Assembly (NCBI GenBank): GCA_043228905.1
Contig: JBHGNT010000008.1
Location: 19,158,001 to 19,222,000, forward strand
Length of the DNA stretch: 64,000 bases
Source: Azolla caroliniana
Taxonomy: Eukaryota; Plantae; Polypodiophyta
Direction of reading: 5' to 3'
In this document: piece after piece, positions 50,489 through 64,000 of the stretch
Layout: each line of letters opens with the position of its first letter
Numbering within the stretch: the stretch's first letter is position 1
Notes under the pieces: model-generated
The model's database searches: none
What the model was told of the DNA's origin: nothing
Seen by the model: only the letters and a program-made list of their open reading frames with translations
Translations under genes and position numbers: made by a program

Positions 50489-53400
50489 ATGGCGGATTCT
50501 GAAAATTCTACCTGCTCGTCCTCACATTTTTCATACCAGGGCCATAAGGCTTTTCGCCAAGTTACCAGAGATCGTGAGTACCACCATACTAAATCTGTAG
50601 TCCAGGTTACATGAGAAAAACGAATGAAATATTAACGTCCTTTCATGAGGCTAACATGGTATATGAGAGAAAGAAAGAAAGAAAGATATATTAACGTCTT
50701 TTAAGAGGCCAAATAAGAGATTACATCTTGAGTGTTTTCTTGTCTTTGAGATGAAATCAAAATAAAATAAATATTACACAGTAAATATAAAGGTAAATAA
50801 GATGAAAAGAGAAGAAACGAGGGAATGTTGTTTTTGGCACATGTGAGAGAGAGAAAGAGAGGAATTGAACTAGTTCATAAATATGTAATATTGCACCTTA
50901 ATCCAACCTAGTCACAAAAAGAAAATTTGCACAGACATGTTATGCAGAGCATGAATTTTGTAGCGTAACATTTTCTAGAACTTTATTAATAAGAATTCAT
51001 GAAGGCCCCATTTGTTCTATGTTACTTTGAATATTTATCTTCCAACTGGAATTGTTTCTATGCAGGGCTACTTCATGAGATGCTCAGAGCTGCTAGGTCG
51101 AAGGATTCTTCTGATTGGAAGGTAGGCTAATATGACCCTCAAAGCTTCACAATTTGAGTCGAGGTGCTGTCTTATATCCATATAGCTCCTGAAAAAATGT
51201 ATATCATTCGCACAAGCTCTCTGTAGTGTGTACAAAAAAATTCACCACGACAGTTAATGTAAGGAAAAAAAGAGTTTGAAGGCAGGAGGAAGAAGAAAAG
51301 AGAGGTTCAGGATTGGAACTCATGTTTGCTAGAGTTCAAATCATATCATGGAAATTTATGTCCAAGTCTATGCAACTAGTTGACCATGAATCATCTCTCC
51401 ACACAAACTAGTCTAGTAACTAAACAGTCTTACTAACAGTCAAAATTTAAACATCTAGGACACCAAATATTTTTGGTAGGGCTTAGATGAAGCCATTTAG
51501 CAATTCACATATTTTCTGTGATGCTAAGTGATGTCTCCTAAAGAATTCCATCCCAATAAGCATTGGAAATCATCAACATTATAAAAGGAGAGATAATAAT
51601 CTTTAACAATTACAAAAGCTGTTGGATTACAAATGGTATGTTAATCCATATTCCATCATGTAATAGAGGAATAGAGAATAATATTTACCTTGGCAACTGG
51701 ATTTGTTCTAAAAACTGAATAGGTTGATGAGAGAGCCTGGAAACTGAAATTATTGAGAACCATTTGCATAAACATTTCACATCCTGTGTCATAATGATAA
51801 GCATGGAAAGTAGAATATATGTTTAGCCTTTAGAACAGCAAAGTGAACAATTGAATGCTTACTAGAACATTGATGCTAGAGGAAAAGAAAAGAGATTATT
51901 TGATTTTTAACAAGACAGGGGGTGGCTTTATGGAATGTGGCATCAAAATACATGCACCTGTCTGTGTTCTTCTCTTTTTCAAATTGTTGGAGCTAGGTTT
52001 TTTTGAGATTGTAACAACCTAGAAGTATGATACTGCATCGTTTGTTGCTGAAATATATCGTTGCCCCTCTGTTTGGCATTTTTGTTATTTTTATGACTTT
52101 GCTTCTTTGCACACTCCTTCCATGGGTTTTCACCTTAGTAGGAACCAGTGATATTTTGCACATGGCTGCCCAGTAGAGTAAAGAAGGAGATTTATTATCA
52201 TATTTCCCAGTTCTTGGAGCTAATTTCTAAGGTATACATACCAAGAGTGATTTGGATGCTTGTTGGAATCTTCCTGTACTATTTATTTTTTTCTTAGAAT
52301 TGAATCTAACCTCATTATATGAGGCAAGAAGACTCTTCAGACTACTTTTGTTGGAGCTACTTTCTAAGGTATACATACCAAGGGTGATTTGGATGCTTGT
52401 TGGAATCTTCCTGTACTATTTTTTTTTCTTAGAATTGAATCTAGCCTCATTATATGAGGGAAGAAGATTCTTCAGACTATTTTTATTGGAGCTTCTTTCT
52501 AAGGTATACATACCAAGAGTGATTTGGATGCTTGTTGGAATCTTCCTGTACTATTTAAAAAAATAAATTGAATCTAGCCTCATTATATGAGGCAAGAAGA
52601 CTCTAGACATAGGCACAGAAAATATATCAATATAGCATTTCCTCACATTGTGGGGTAGGTAATCAATATTCTTTCTTTTATGGAAGACTACCCATGCCAA
52701 ATGTACTCTAGTTTCTCTCACATCCTTGACACTGTAATCCTATGTAGTATGCGATAATGTGTATACCAAGGAATCTCTGCAGATTACTATATATAAACTT
52801 AGATGTATATATAGTGCCAAAATATTTGAGTAATGAATTGTAAAAAACAATTTACTGTATGTTCACTGTTTCTAGAGCTGTAATATTATATTTCTTCCAC
52901 CACGATACACGTTGCAACTTGCTAACATATGGAGCATATAAGTGTTGAGTCACAGCCAAAATGTTCAGATAACAAAAAGCTTGATCCTGCAGATTCCTTG
53001 CAACAAATTGATTGAACTGAATTCCACCAATTCCAACACATATGCTGCAAGATGCTAATGATTAAAATAAAAGTATATAAGTACGTATTTCTAGTTTTGA
53101 ATGAAGCCCAGAATTTGTGTTCTAGTTCTCCTTCCTCCACAAGACATGCAAAATATGTCTCACTGCGCGTTGCTGACGGAACCATTCCGGACTCATATGC
53201 CATGTGACCGAATTGTTAAATTAAAACTACACAATAACCATTTCAAGTTTGGAATCAATGTGCTGTTTCTTATTCCTATATAATAGTTGCAAATTATTCG
53301 ATGTGTCATAAGTTAACTGAGGGAACCAATCCCAATCCCAACACTTACGCTATATGACTTTAATGATTAAAATAGAAGTACACGTAAAGACATTTCCAGT

Positions 53401-56400
53401 TTGGAATCAAGCTTAGCATTAATACTCCAACTCTCATACCTCCATAAGGGATGACTGGCCTATGGGATGTGTCAAGAGCATGATCAGAAGATATGACTCT
53501 TTTGGAAAGGATGTGGTAGCTCCTTGGTAGCTTTACATATTGTACCCAACATTTGAGGAAGATCCTCAATAGTCTATCTGCAAATAAATTGAATGTTAGC
53601 TTTCTCACCATTATAATTCATGGGGTTGTAAAGCAAATTGTGTCATTGTAGAAAGAGACGTTAGCTCCTTTGTAATGTTGCTCCAGTAAGCAATGAAGAT
53701 TTTATACAAGTTCTGTTATACAGAAATATGTTTTTGTTGGTTGATATTGTTTGGCATTTGCAACAGATAAAACATTGATGACTTTGCATATGTTTGTGGA
53801 GGCACATTAGTGATTATGAAATCCCTCATGCGAAGGCTTCCTTACAATTTATAGGACACACAAGCAATACTACTAGATCCTCACTCTTAACACCTAGACC
53901 CTCACGCACACATATAACAACTCATGTGCAAAATGGACATTTCAGGAGTTATGGTGTTCTTCATTTTGAGCTAAGAACTTATCAAATTTACAGGTTCTGA
54001 TTATGGATGAGGTGACTGTGAAGGTTATGTCATATTCTTGCAAGATGGCAGATATAACAGATGAAGGCATTTCATGTACGCTGGTGATGTATTAATAATT
54101 TCTTTGTAATAATTTTGAATTATACAGTTTTTGGGAAGTGGTGAATATAAGTTTTCATAAGAATTCAATTGATGCTGTTTTAACATCTTTTATGAGGCCA
54201 AAATAGCCTATAAGACCAAACAAGTGGTTACATCCCACAATGTTTTCTCGAACAAGTAACAAAAATAAATACAAAGAAATATATGATACTAAATAATCTA
54301 TATATCTAAGAAGTTAAGATTCTAATATTAGATGAACTGAAACTTTTGTCTCTGAAAAATCTCCATCATAGGCAGCTCGAAGATGTAGCGATCTCCAAAG
54401 CGAGAGAAGCACCTTTGGGGCTGGATCATAATGGCCTTTATTTGTCAATAAAAAGGGTGACAACTTTGTGTCATATGTGCAAGACATAATGGTTGTTTTG
54501 ATGACCTAAGAGCCAATCTTGAGTACCTTTGCTTAGAGGTAGATAGATAGATTTTACGATCGTCTTTGTAGGTCAAATATGACCTATGGAACCAAAACTA
54601 AATCATTTTGACATAATAGTTGTGGAATTGAGATAGATAGATAGATATCTTTGTAATGTCCATGAGAGACCAATTGTGATATGAGATATAGATTTTATTA
54701 TTATTTGTTAGGTCAAATATTAACAATGAGACCAAAAATATAGCAATTTCACTTTACACGTGTGAGAGAGCTTTACTAAATAAATATTATAATTGAGAGA
54801 GCACAATTGGGATTGTGAGATAAAATCATGCAAGGATTGGGTTTAGTTGAAGATTTGTGTAAGCATATTCAAATGTGATCAAAGGAAGAGCATTATATCA
54901 AAGTGTGATACTTAGACTCTCAAACTAGTTTAGGGCAAAATGTGCATAGTCGTCTAGTCTCATCACTTGTGCCCAAATTTCTTGTCTCACATTGAAGCAA
55001 GTGTGAACTAAGTCGTATGGAAGAGCAATGGTTCAGATGGTAGACAGCGGGACATTTATTGAGGTATGTGGTTTTCTTGTTTGGCAAAGAATATGGTTTT
55101 GTAGTTAGATGCAACATATGTTATTTATTGTGTGAACCATGAGGCTAATCTTTGTTTTAGAGCCATTGACACTCAATTTAGTAGGCATACAAAACTCTTC
55201 AAATGCCCTTGTGCATCTCCAAAAGTTTTTCCAAAAAGCACAATATCATTTATGTACAACAAAAGCATGATGATGACATTCTCGATGACAACTTCTTCAA
55301 TGCTTTCTTCATTTACAAACTTAGCAACTATTTGTTCTAATTCATCAATACATACACCAAATAGACTTGGTGAAAAAATCTGAAATTCGATTGCCACTAC
55401 GCACACACCATATAACCTTCTCATGGATTTGGGGAATTGCAAGCATGTATTCACTTGTTACCTCAAGTTCTTCCATGTGACACCAAAATGTTCACGAGAT
55501 ACTATATGAAAAGCTTTCTTGAAGTCTACAAAGTAGTAACTTTAACCATTACCACCAAATCTCTCCATGTAATGTAATACCTCAGCTATGTAGAGACCAC
55601 AAAGAGTGGGTGATAGTGGGAATCCTTGTTTGACTCCAAATGTGCTAGTCACAAACTCCGATAATCCATTGGGAGACCACACTTGTTGATTCCCCATTGC
55701 ATATCTATGGGGACACCAAGGAATTCTAGCTGGTACATGAGCTGAATGTGTGATACAATGTCAAAAGGCTTTTTGAAAACTCACAACGTAGCAATTAAAT
55801 CCTCTTTTTATGGGCTTGCCCTCCTCAATAGGGGTCAGAGGGTCAATATGTGACCCAAATTTGTGAACCCCTTCGGAGATTGAGACTGAGATTTTATTAT
55901 TGTCTGCGTAGGTTAAATATGACCTATGAGATAGAAAATATGACATTCTCACATAATTCATGTGAAAGTGAGTAGCAACTCTTAATATTCATGGAACTTT
56001 ACTAATGTATGTCGCAATTGAGAGTGGTCATTGTGATTGTGAGAGGAGTTCGTGCAAGGATTGGGTTTGGTCAAAGATGTGTGGAAAGCATACTTGAATT
56101 TGATCAAAGGTAGACCATTGTATTGAAGTCTACTGAACTTGTTTCGGGCAAGATGTGCATAGTCGACTACTCTCCTCACTTGTGTCCCAACGTGTTGTCT
56201 CACAGTATATTGAGTGTGAACTAAGTTGTATGGAAGCAATGGTTCAGATGGTAGACAGTGGGATTGGTTCTAACATGTATTGTTACAGCAGCAAGCATAG
56301 TGTTCTTTAGATTCTACTTGATGACACAATTGGCAAACTCTTTTTTCTAGAGGTATTTTTTCTTAAAAGATGTTAATATTTCTTTCTTTCTTTCTTCTTT

Positions 56401-59400
56401 CTTTCTACCTCAATCTCTGATTGATGTGAAGAGATATGCAACACTCTGTGTAGTGCCTAGGATACATTTATGTCCATATAAGAGGGCCTAATGATAAATC
56501 CATCCTCCAATATGTGTAAAAAGTGTGCCTTACACTAGGCCATCTTCCTACCAAGAGATATTGTGGGGCTGATCCATGTTCCTCCTCTATACAAGTTGAT
56601 AATATCATTTTGGATCACTCTATTATCTTCCACTTTGGCAATGTTGAGATGGGGACAATCTACGCTATATTTATACTTATGACATGCAACTCGAACCATT
56701 GTTATGTTTCAGCATACCAACAATGATTATCTCCGTATTCAACTGGTAGTTTTGATGACATATAAGTTCCCAACCTTGAGTACAGCTTCGTTCGTGGGAC
56801 CTCCCAAAACTAGTGGATACCGATTATTGATCAGAATAATGCCTCATTGATAATTTGGGATGCTCCTATCTTCTTCCGAATTGTACCATGGGGCATCAAT
56901 CCTATGCTCCTTATAATGCGGGAAATCGTTGAGACTAAAGGTCTCGCTAAATATTTCCAGTTATTTGCCTTGTTAAGCCTCGATTTGCAGGTTTCTACTC
57001 CATGGAGAAGAGTTGGTGTAACAAGTTGTATCAAATAGCCACCATTTCGTTCGTGGCTCTTGGAACTGTATATGTGCACATTGCCAGCACCAAGGGTTGT
57101 ATATCCACAGGAAAGCTGAGCACAAACAGCCTCTCATAAGGAGACCTGAGGCCCTGTGAATGTTACTCCCACGTATGTGCAGGATCGTGTGTATGCTACC
57201 TCTTCCTCTCCCAATTCTGGTTCTGGTCTTGTTACCTATGCTCAAGTGGTGTGAAATACCATCACTTTAGTTTTATCTATGTTTACTGACAAACCTTTGA
57301 TTTTGAGGCATGAGAGAGTGAATGAGAGTTCGTACAATTAATATAATCCTTGTTTGCAAAGAAAGAAGTGACTTTGTCAATACAACAGTGGTAGAGGATT
57401 TAAACAAACGTAGACAACCGCTACCTACATTGGATGCTGTGTACTTCATTCAGCCCAAAAGAGAGAGGTAATTTGATGATTTTGTTTACTTCACGTATGT
57501 ATAAACAAATTGAGCTTGCCTATTAGCAACAAATTGATTATCATCCTCCGAATGTCCAGTAAAACCTAAAATTATAACATTTTCTCCCAAAATGATGGTC
57601 AAGTAGTAAAGTTTGTGCTTAAAAATCTATAGGTTCTGGGTTTCACTAATTCAATCATGGTAAGAGTTGGCGTGTTGTATTTTTGTTGTAAGGGTACTTC
57701 CAAGCCTCACGGTAGCCCAAGTAGGAGGATGAGTTTGGGTTATCGTTGGTGTTTATAAGGAATGTGATAAGTGCTTTTACTGAGGCTAACAAATACAGCT
57801 AATGAACTCCTCATACATCCATTTGCTATTTTCTAAAAATTAGAGATACTTACATTTGATCTTCCAGAGATTTGCTAAACCTTCTAATAAAAGCACAAAA
57901 TAATCTCATTGGCACCTTCAAAGCTTTGAGAAAACTATCTTCACTGTTAGTTTGTCAAGAATATTCTTTTCCATAGTTCTAGGTGTAAAACTGTGTCTTT
58001 TACCAGAAAGATTGTTTTTATGTAAACCCTTTTCCAGTTGCAAGCATTTGCATTTTTGAGTGACCATAGTAATTTAATCACGTTGTTCCTGTAGTGTGCA
58101 AAAGCTCAAGACAGATTTATCTGGCAAGACTCCTCTTTACAGAAAGTAAGCCGGATGAACTGATATTCCTTTAAAGTCTGCGTAGCATGAGAAAAAATAG
58201 AGAAGTAAAAAATAACCATTATTTTTCATAGGGTGCATGTGTTCTTTAGCTCTCCAGTATCAAGGGATATGTTGCAGGCTATCAAAAGTGATAGTGTGGT
58301 TCTCTCTCGAATCATCTCACTAAAAGAGGTCAGCTCTCGTAAATTTTGTAGAACCGGGAAAATTTGGAGCATTTGAATATTGATTTTCAGGCAATAATTA
58401 CTTGGTTCCCTGTCTTATGAGCGATTAACAGTCTGCATTTCTGTAATTTTGTAAAAACCAGGTAAATTTGGAATATTTAACCATTGATTCTCAGGTAATG
58501 ACCACTCTCCATACCTGTTATATGCATGTATGGATGAAAATTAAGGTTTTCAAACCAACTCTGCAGGCGTTTTCAACTGACAATGGTAGAGCTTTAGAAC
58601 AAATTTTTGGGGAGCATAGTGAAGGTACCCAAGATTATGATGCCTGTCTTGATACAATTGCTACTCGACTTGGCACTGTCTTTGCATCATTAAAGGTTGT
58701 TATCTTTGAGTTAATTTCTATGGTTCATTAAGTGTGTTCTTTTGTCTAATGTTTCTTCAAGTGATATAGGAATTTCCAATAGTTAGGTTTCGGGCTGCAC
58801 GATCAGCAGGAGATGCAAGTATTGCAATAACATCTCGGGATCTTGTTCCAACTAAATTAGCAGCAGCTCTCTGGGATCGGCTACAAAGATACAAGAACAT
58901 TTTGCCAGGATACCCAGACACGGAAACTTGTGAACTTTTGATCGTTGACAGGACAATTGATCCGGTGCGTTGGGTACAAGAAATGCATTAATGAATCTAC
59001 AATTTTCAATATAGAGTTCCATGATTGTTTGGCTTATTTGTAGATTGCACCTGTCATCCATGAGTGGACTTATGATGCCATGTGTCACGATTTGCTAAAT
59101 ATGGATGGCAACAAGTATGTTTACGAGGTACAATTTATGCAGTTGTTGCTCCCTCGCTGCTGTTATTTCTTTTGACCCCAGTAGATGGTGATCGCTTGCT
59201 TTCAACCAGAATTTTTTGGATGTTCAAGTTTAGGTTACAACAAGTACTGGCAGGACAAACCGAAAGGAGGTTCTACTGGAAGAGCACGATCCTGTTTGGG
59301 TTGAATTGCGGCATCTTCACATTGCTGCTGTAGGGAGTGAACTCTTATAGATGTAGTCAGAAGAATGGCTTAGTTATTCAAAAACTCAAACTCAAACTCA

Positions 59401-62400
59401 AGCTCAGTCATAATTTTGGTCTTCAGGTAAACAAGAAACTTGATGAAAAGCTTGTAAACTTGAAGGAAAAAAACAAAGCTGCTCAAATACGACTTGGTAC
59501 CAAGTATGCACTTCCTTTCCTGTTTTTGGGTTCACTCTCGAAAAACTTACTACAATTATTATGTAAATTCCTTTATAGTTAGAGAAATGCAACTTTTACT
59601 GTGCAAGATTTAAACGCACATACTAAGAACCTGTAGCATAAAAGATGATTCTATTTAACCATAACTAAGTTATAAGCATGTTTTTGATGACTTTGAGTGC
59701 GCACCATCCAGTTTCATTATACAGAAATGATGCAGGATTAAATTTATGTTGAACATTGGATACAAACCATGCATATCTGCCTACCTCAATCTCTAACTGT
59801 TGTGATGAAATTTGCAACTGCCCTACCACACTGCGCAGTGCATGCAATAGATGTATGTCCATATAAGATGGCCTGATGATGAATCCATCCTCCGATAAGC
59901 GTAAAAGTGTCTTACAGTGGCTCATCTTCCTACCAAATGATACTTTGGGGCTGATCCATGTTATATTGTTTTCCAAGTTAATAATATCAGTTTGGAATCA
60001 CTATATTATTTTCCATTTTGGTCATGTTTAGATGGGGACAATCCAAGTCAAATTGGAACAGAGGTAGTGCATTTAGGTTTAATACCGTGTGACTCGATTC
60101 ATCGTTGCATGAATGTCTCGATGTTCAACAAGTTGTTTTGATGACATAAGTGCCAACCTTAAGTACCTTCATTTAGGGAGCTCCCAAAGCTGTTGGATAC
60201 AGGTCACTCATTGGAGTAATGCCTTGATGATTAGGGTCTGCTCCTATATCTGCCCAGATTGTATCATGGAGCACCAACGTGTTGCTCCTTATCATGTGGG
60301 CAATCATTGAGACTAAAGGTTTCTCTAAATCTTTCCAATTATTTTCTTGTTAAGACATAGTCCCTACGTTTCAACTCCATGGAGAAGAGTTGGCGTCACA
60401 AGAAATAGACACAATTTAGTTCATGGCACTTGGAACTGCAAATGTGCAAATATCCACGAGAAAGTCGGGCACAAGCAGCCTCCAGGTAAGGAGAACCTAG
60501 GCCCTGTGAATGTTACTCTTAGGTAAGTGTAGGAGCATGTGTATGCTACCTTTTCCTCTCCCAAGAAGAATTCTGGTTCTGATCTTGTTACAAATGCTCG
60601 AGTGGTGTTAAACACCATCACTTTAGTTTGTCCATGATTATCGACAATGGTATGGTCTGTCCATCTGGTAGGGAAACCTTCACACATAACTCTATTAAAG
60701 ATGCGTAATAGCAATGGGAGCAAGGTGTCACAGGCATAGATAAAGTGCTCATCTACCAATCCATCATGATACCAGGGTTTGGTTTCAAGAGATTTCACGA
60801 ATGGAGTGCTTCTGCACGAGGGCTTGAAACATAGACCATACATAATCATCTGCATTGCTATCCATGTGAAGTGGTAGTCAGGGGAAATGGAAATAGATGC
60901 AGTGTAGGAACACAAATGGAATAGAGGCCCAATGGGGTAGATTGAGCTGGAGTAATGTGGAATGGAGGCCTAAGGAGGTAACTATGTCATACCTATTGTT
61001 GCTTGAATTGTACCTTTAACCATGTACTCTGAATTATTTGCTTGATTTGTTTGCTCATGAAGAGGTGTTGCATGACATTTTGCTCATGAAGAGTAGATGT
61101 GATTTGAAAACCTAGGTATTGCAATCATTCCTATAATAGGAATGCCATTAGGCTGCCACATGCAATTGGCCTTATATTTGTAATTGTAGTTTTTTTTCGC
61201 ATTTTTAATGGCTGCTTTTATCCCAAGATTTGTTTCCACAATTTTGCTGAAGTAACTTTAGTTCTAATTCCAAGTTTCTTAGGACATATAGTTTGAAGAA
61301 GATGACTAGATGACCTATGGAAATCAAGTGTAGTTTGTTGGACAAGTTATGAGAGAACTTCTCATTGTGCGTTAGCAATGTAGATGATATATTGTTCCAT
61401 GATTAGTTTAGTACAAAGGTGATTATTTTAGTACAATTGAAGGAGTTAACTATGATATAGATGGTTCTATACTTCGAATGATCGTTTGAAACAAGTTTGT
61501 TCTATTCTTATCTGTGTGGTTTTTCCTTTGAAAGTGGTAATTAGATCTTGATTGGTTGGTTGGTTGTGAAATTCATGTGACTGCTATGATTTTTTATTGT
61601 TAGAAATGGATTGCTGTGTAAAGCTGGTTGTCTATTGCAGGGAGGGCCAAGAACTTTCAACACGGGACATGCAAAAGATGGTGCAAGCATTACCTCAATA
61701 TCGTGATCAAATGGAAAAACTGAGTCTTCACATTGATGTAAGCTGAATTCCCAACTGCGGCCAATGGGCTCAAAGAGCATACATTAGAAAGAAAGAATCA
61801 TTTGAAAAAGATTTACAACTGTTGTATATGTCTATGGCTCTTCTACAAGTTATGCATGATCAACTTAAGATCTTGCATATCTTGAGTTAGGAATGTGTGA
61901 AGACATGCATGTGAGCTCATTGGACACACTTCCAGAAGTTTCTCTTTTATGTAGGCACATATCCTTTTGAAAGCATTTGATTTTCAACTAAAATAAATTA
62001 CACTGGTAGTCAAGGACGATATTCAAATATGAATTGCTAGATTGCATTAATATTTCGTTTGCTTTTCCCAGAAAGTGCTCATGTTTATGTGTATGTATGT
62101 GAGATAACCTTTGGCCAGGATTGAGTATCGCTTAGTATGTAATACAAGGTGCTCACTTTATTCCATCTGTACATATTTTTCTGCAGATAGCAACTAAGAT
62201 AAATGGCAAGATTGCAGAGTGTTTTTTACGTGATGTTGGCACCCTTGAACAAGACTTAGTATTTGGTGATGCTGGCAGCAAGGAGCTCCTGAATCTACTA
62301 ACAACAAAGGAGGTGCATTAGAACAAATATGACAGCCGAAATTGTTTTAGGTCTGTTTCCAGAAGCAGATATCTGACGACAACTTTATGTGCAGAACTTA

Positions 62401-63795
62401 ACCAAAGAGAACAAACTACGTTTGCTCATGATATATGCTGCCTCTCATCCAGAGAAGCTAGAACCTGCCAAAAGACTCCAGTGGATGAAGGTTTTGTGCT
62501 CTGCTGTCAGTTTTATGGCAATGTATTGTAATGTTAGATTGCAAAGATATAAATTTCGTACACAAACACAAAAGTATGAATGTATATCCATTATGGCAAT
62601 GTATTGTAAAGTCAGATTGCAAAGATCTAAATTTCTTAGACACATTAAAAGTATGAATGTATATCCACACATAAGCATGCCGTTTGATATATTTTTCATG
62701 TATAACACTCACTGCAGCTGGCAAGGCTTTCTGAGGATGATATGCGCCCTGTGGTAAATATGGAGTACATGGGCGTCTCTGTATCAAAGAAGCAGTCTGG
62801 AGGTTTCGCTTTGAAATTTGGGGGCAAGAAAGTAAGAATCCAAAGACTTCGATTTGTTTTTGCTGAAGATTAGGTGTATGTGAGCTTAATCCTCTGTTTA
62901 ATGGCACTGAAGAAACGAGGTATCAGAAAAGATCGGAATCAGGATGATGAAGAATATGACCTTTCCCGGTTTAGTCCTATTATCCAGGTATAAGAAAGTG
63001 CATAATCAATCACGTTTGTTTAATTTGTGCATAAATCCATAATTTGTACCCATGTGATAGTGCAATTGGAAATTGTCTTTAAATATAAATAGGAAGTGAT
63101 TGAAGATTTAGCCAATGGTGAACTGTCTAAGGAAGAATACCCTTATATGAAAGAACCCTCTGCAGCAGTGTTACAATCTATGGCAAGTGGCAGTGTCTCC
63201 CTGAGACTACCAACCTCAAATACAAAGCCAGCACAATCAATGAGAACTTCAAAACCTACTTCTACATGGGCCTCCAAGTTAAGACCTTCTGAAGATGGAT
63301 GTTCAAGGTATGTAAATTCCAACTCTCTGGATAAATTTGATTCTTTAAGTATTTCAGTGAATCATCATCAATGAGGCTTTCTCACAGTGACCCCAAAGTA
63401 ACTGGAAAGCGCATTTTTGTTTTTATGGTTGGTGGTGCCACACGCTCAGAGGTAAATTTGGGTTCTGCTTTCTTTGAAGACATCATTTAATTGGGCATGG
63501 GAATATCATGTATACGGATACAAAGGTTTGCACATGATTTAACCAAACAATTTTTTATTATTAATCACAGCTGAGGGCTGTGCACAAGCTTACAGGACGC
63601 CTAAAGAGGGAAGTGGTGCTTGGGACCACCAGCCTTGATGAACCTCATGAATTTCTGACGGTAACTTAAGTGTCCATTTTTGCATGTTTTGTTTTCCATT
63701 TTCTTTATACTAATGATATATGCTTGATGACTTTACAGAAACTTAAAGTGCTTAGTGTTCTTGACGAGATAGCATTGGACGATCTTCAGATTTAA
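50489..63795 (+). CDS. SEC1: SEC1/Munc18 (SM) protein, KEULE/SEC1 clade, ~675 aa, 21 coding exons: 50489-50573, 51066-51121, 53994-54075, 57389-57467, 58095-58145, 58232-58328, 58462-58494, 58567-58695, 58770-58964, 59044-59127, 59234-59329, 59427-59503, 61641-61737, 62187-62312, 62395-62490, 62718-62831, 62913-62987, 63093-63307, 63358-63451, 63571-63660, 63739-63795
   Basis: Motifs [89 protein letters not shown] and C-terminal LDDLQI*. Exon sum 2028 nt in frame. Confidence 0.95.
52214..52605. repeat. Three tandem copies of a ~136-bp unit in SEC1 intron 2
   Basis: TTGGAGCT..TTCTAAGGTATACATACCAAG..GATTTGGATGCTTGTTGGAATCTTCCTGTACT at 52214, 52351 and 52486. Confidence 0.9.
54175..57290 (-). 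mobile_element. Cluster of antisense LINE fragments and retroposon 3' ends in SEC1 intron 3
   Basis: [27 protein letters not shown] (RT), [19 protein letters not shown] (C-terminus), [26 protein letters not shown]-type ends at ~54571, ~54711 and ~55911. Confidence 0.8.
59660..60830 (-). mobile_element. Antisense LINE fragment in SEC1 intron 12
   Basis: [49 protein letters not shown]. Homologous to 56500-57280. Confidence 0.8.
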
Positions 63796-64000
63796 TATGA
63801 TCATCTGAGATGGAATTTTGGACTACCATATATCTTGACGAGATAGCACTGGACGATCTTCAGATTTAATATGATCGTCTGAGATGGAATTTTGGACTAG
63901 AACCATATATCTTGATGAGATAGCACAGGATGATCTTCAGATTTAATATGATCGTCTGAGATGGAATTTTGGATTAGAACCATATATCTTGATGAGATAG
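63759..64000 (+). repeat. Tandem repeat (74-77 bp, at least 3 copies) spanning the SEC1 stop codon
   Basis: TCTTGA(C/T)GAGATAGCA..GA.GATCTTCAGATTTAATATGATC.TCTGAGATGGAATTTTGGA starts at 63759, 63833, 63910 and 63987. Confidence 0.92.

Noticed and set aside
62512-62670. ~79-bp tandem duplication in SEC1 intron 15 extending ORF 62389-62757
   Set aside because: Ordinary intronic duplication; the ORF extension is read-through past the donor at 62491.
63759-64000. Regular repeats here and at 52214-52605 as CRISPR-like arrays
   Set aside because: No unique spacers, no cas genes, eukaryotic context; these are plain tandem repeats.

Overview
Eukaryotic land-plant genomic DNA: intron-rich and TE-rich. 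A fern or other non-seed plant is an inference from the TE types and microsatellite style. Three intact + strand host genes can be spliced by hand: a 2-exon LYR-motif (LYRM2-like) gene missed by the ORF track (844-4055), a 23-exon RIC1 homolog (8324-26006) and a 21-exon SEC1/KEULE-family SM gene (50489-63795). Between RIC1 and SEC1 lies a ~23 kb nest of LTR retrotransposons. Its centre is a full-length but decayed 9.9 kb non-chromovirus Ty3/gypsy element (441-bp LTRs, AAGAA TSD) with three Gag zinc knuckles, a ~3 kb extra sense ORF and no recognisable polypurine tract. Around it are a sister-family remnant, a scrambled Ty1/copia, chromovirus-like remnants and a PPT-LTR-PBS unit beside the SEC1 promoter. 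Introns carry solo LTRs, hAT-type MITEs, a near-perfect palindrome, and many antisense LINE/SINE-like 3' ends stacked into microsatellites. All coordinates and alignments were read by eye; no database searches were run.
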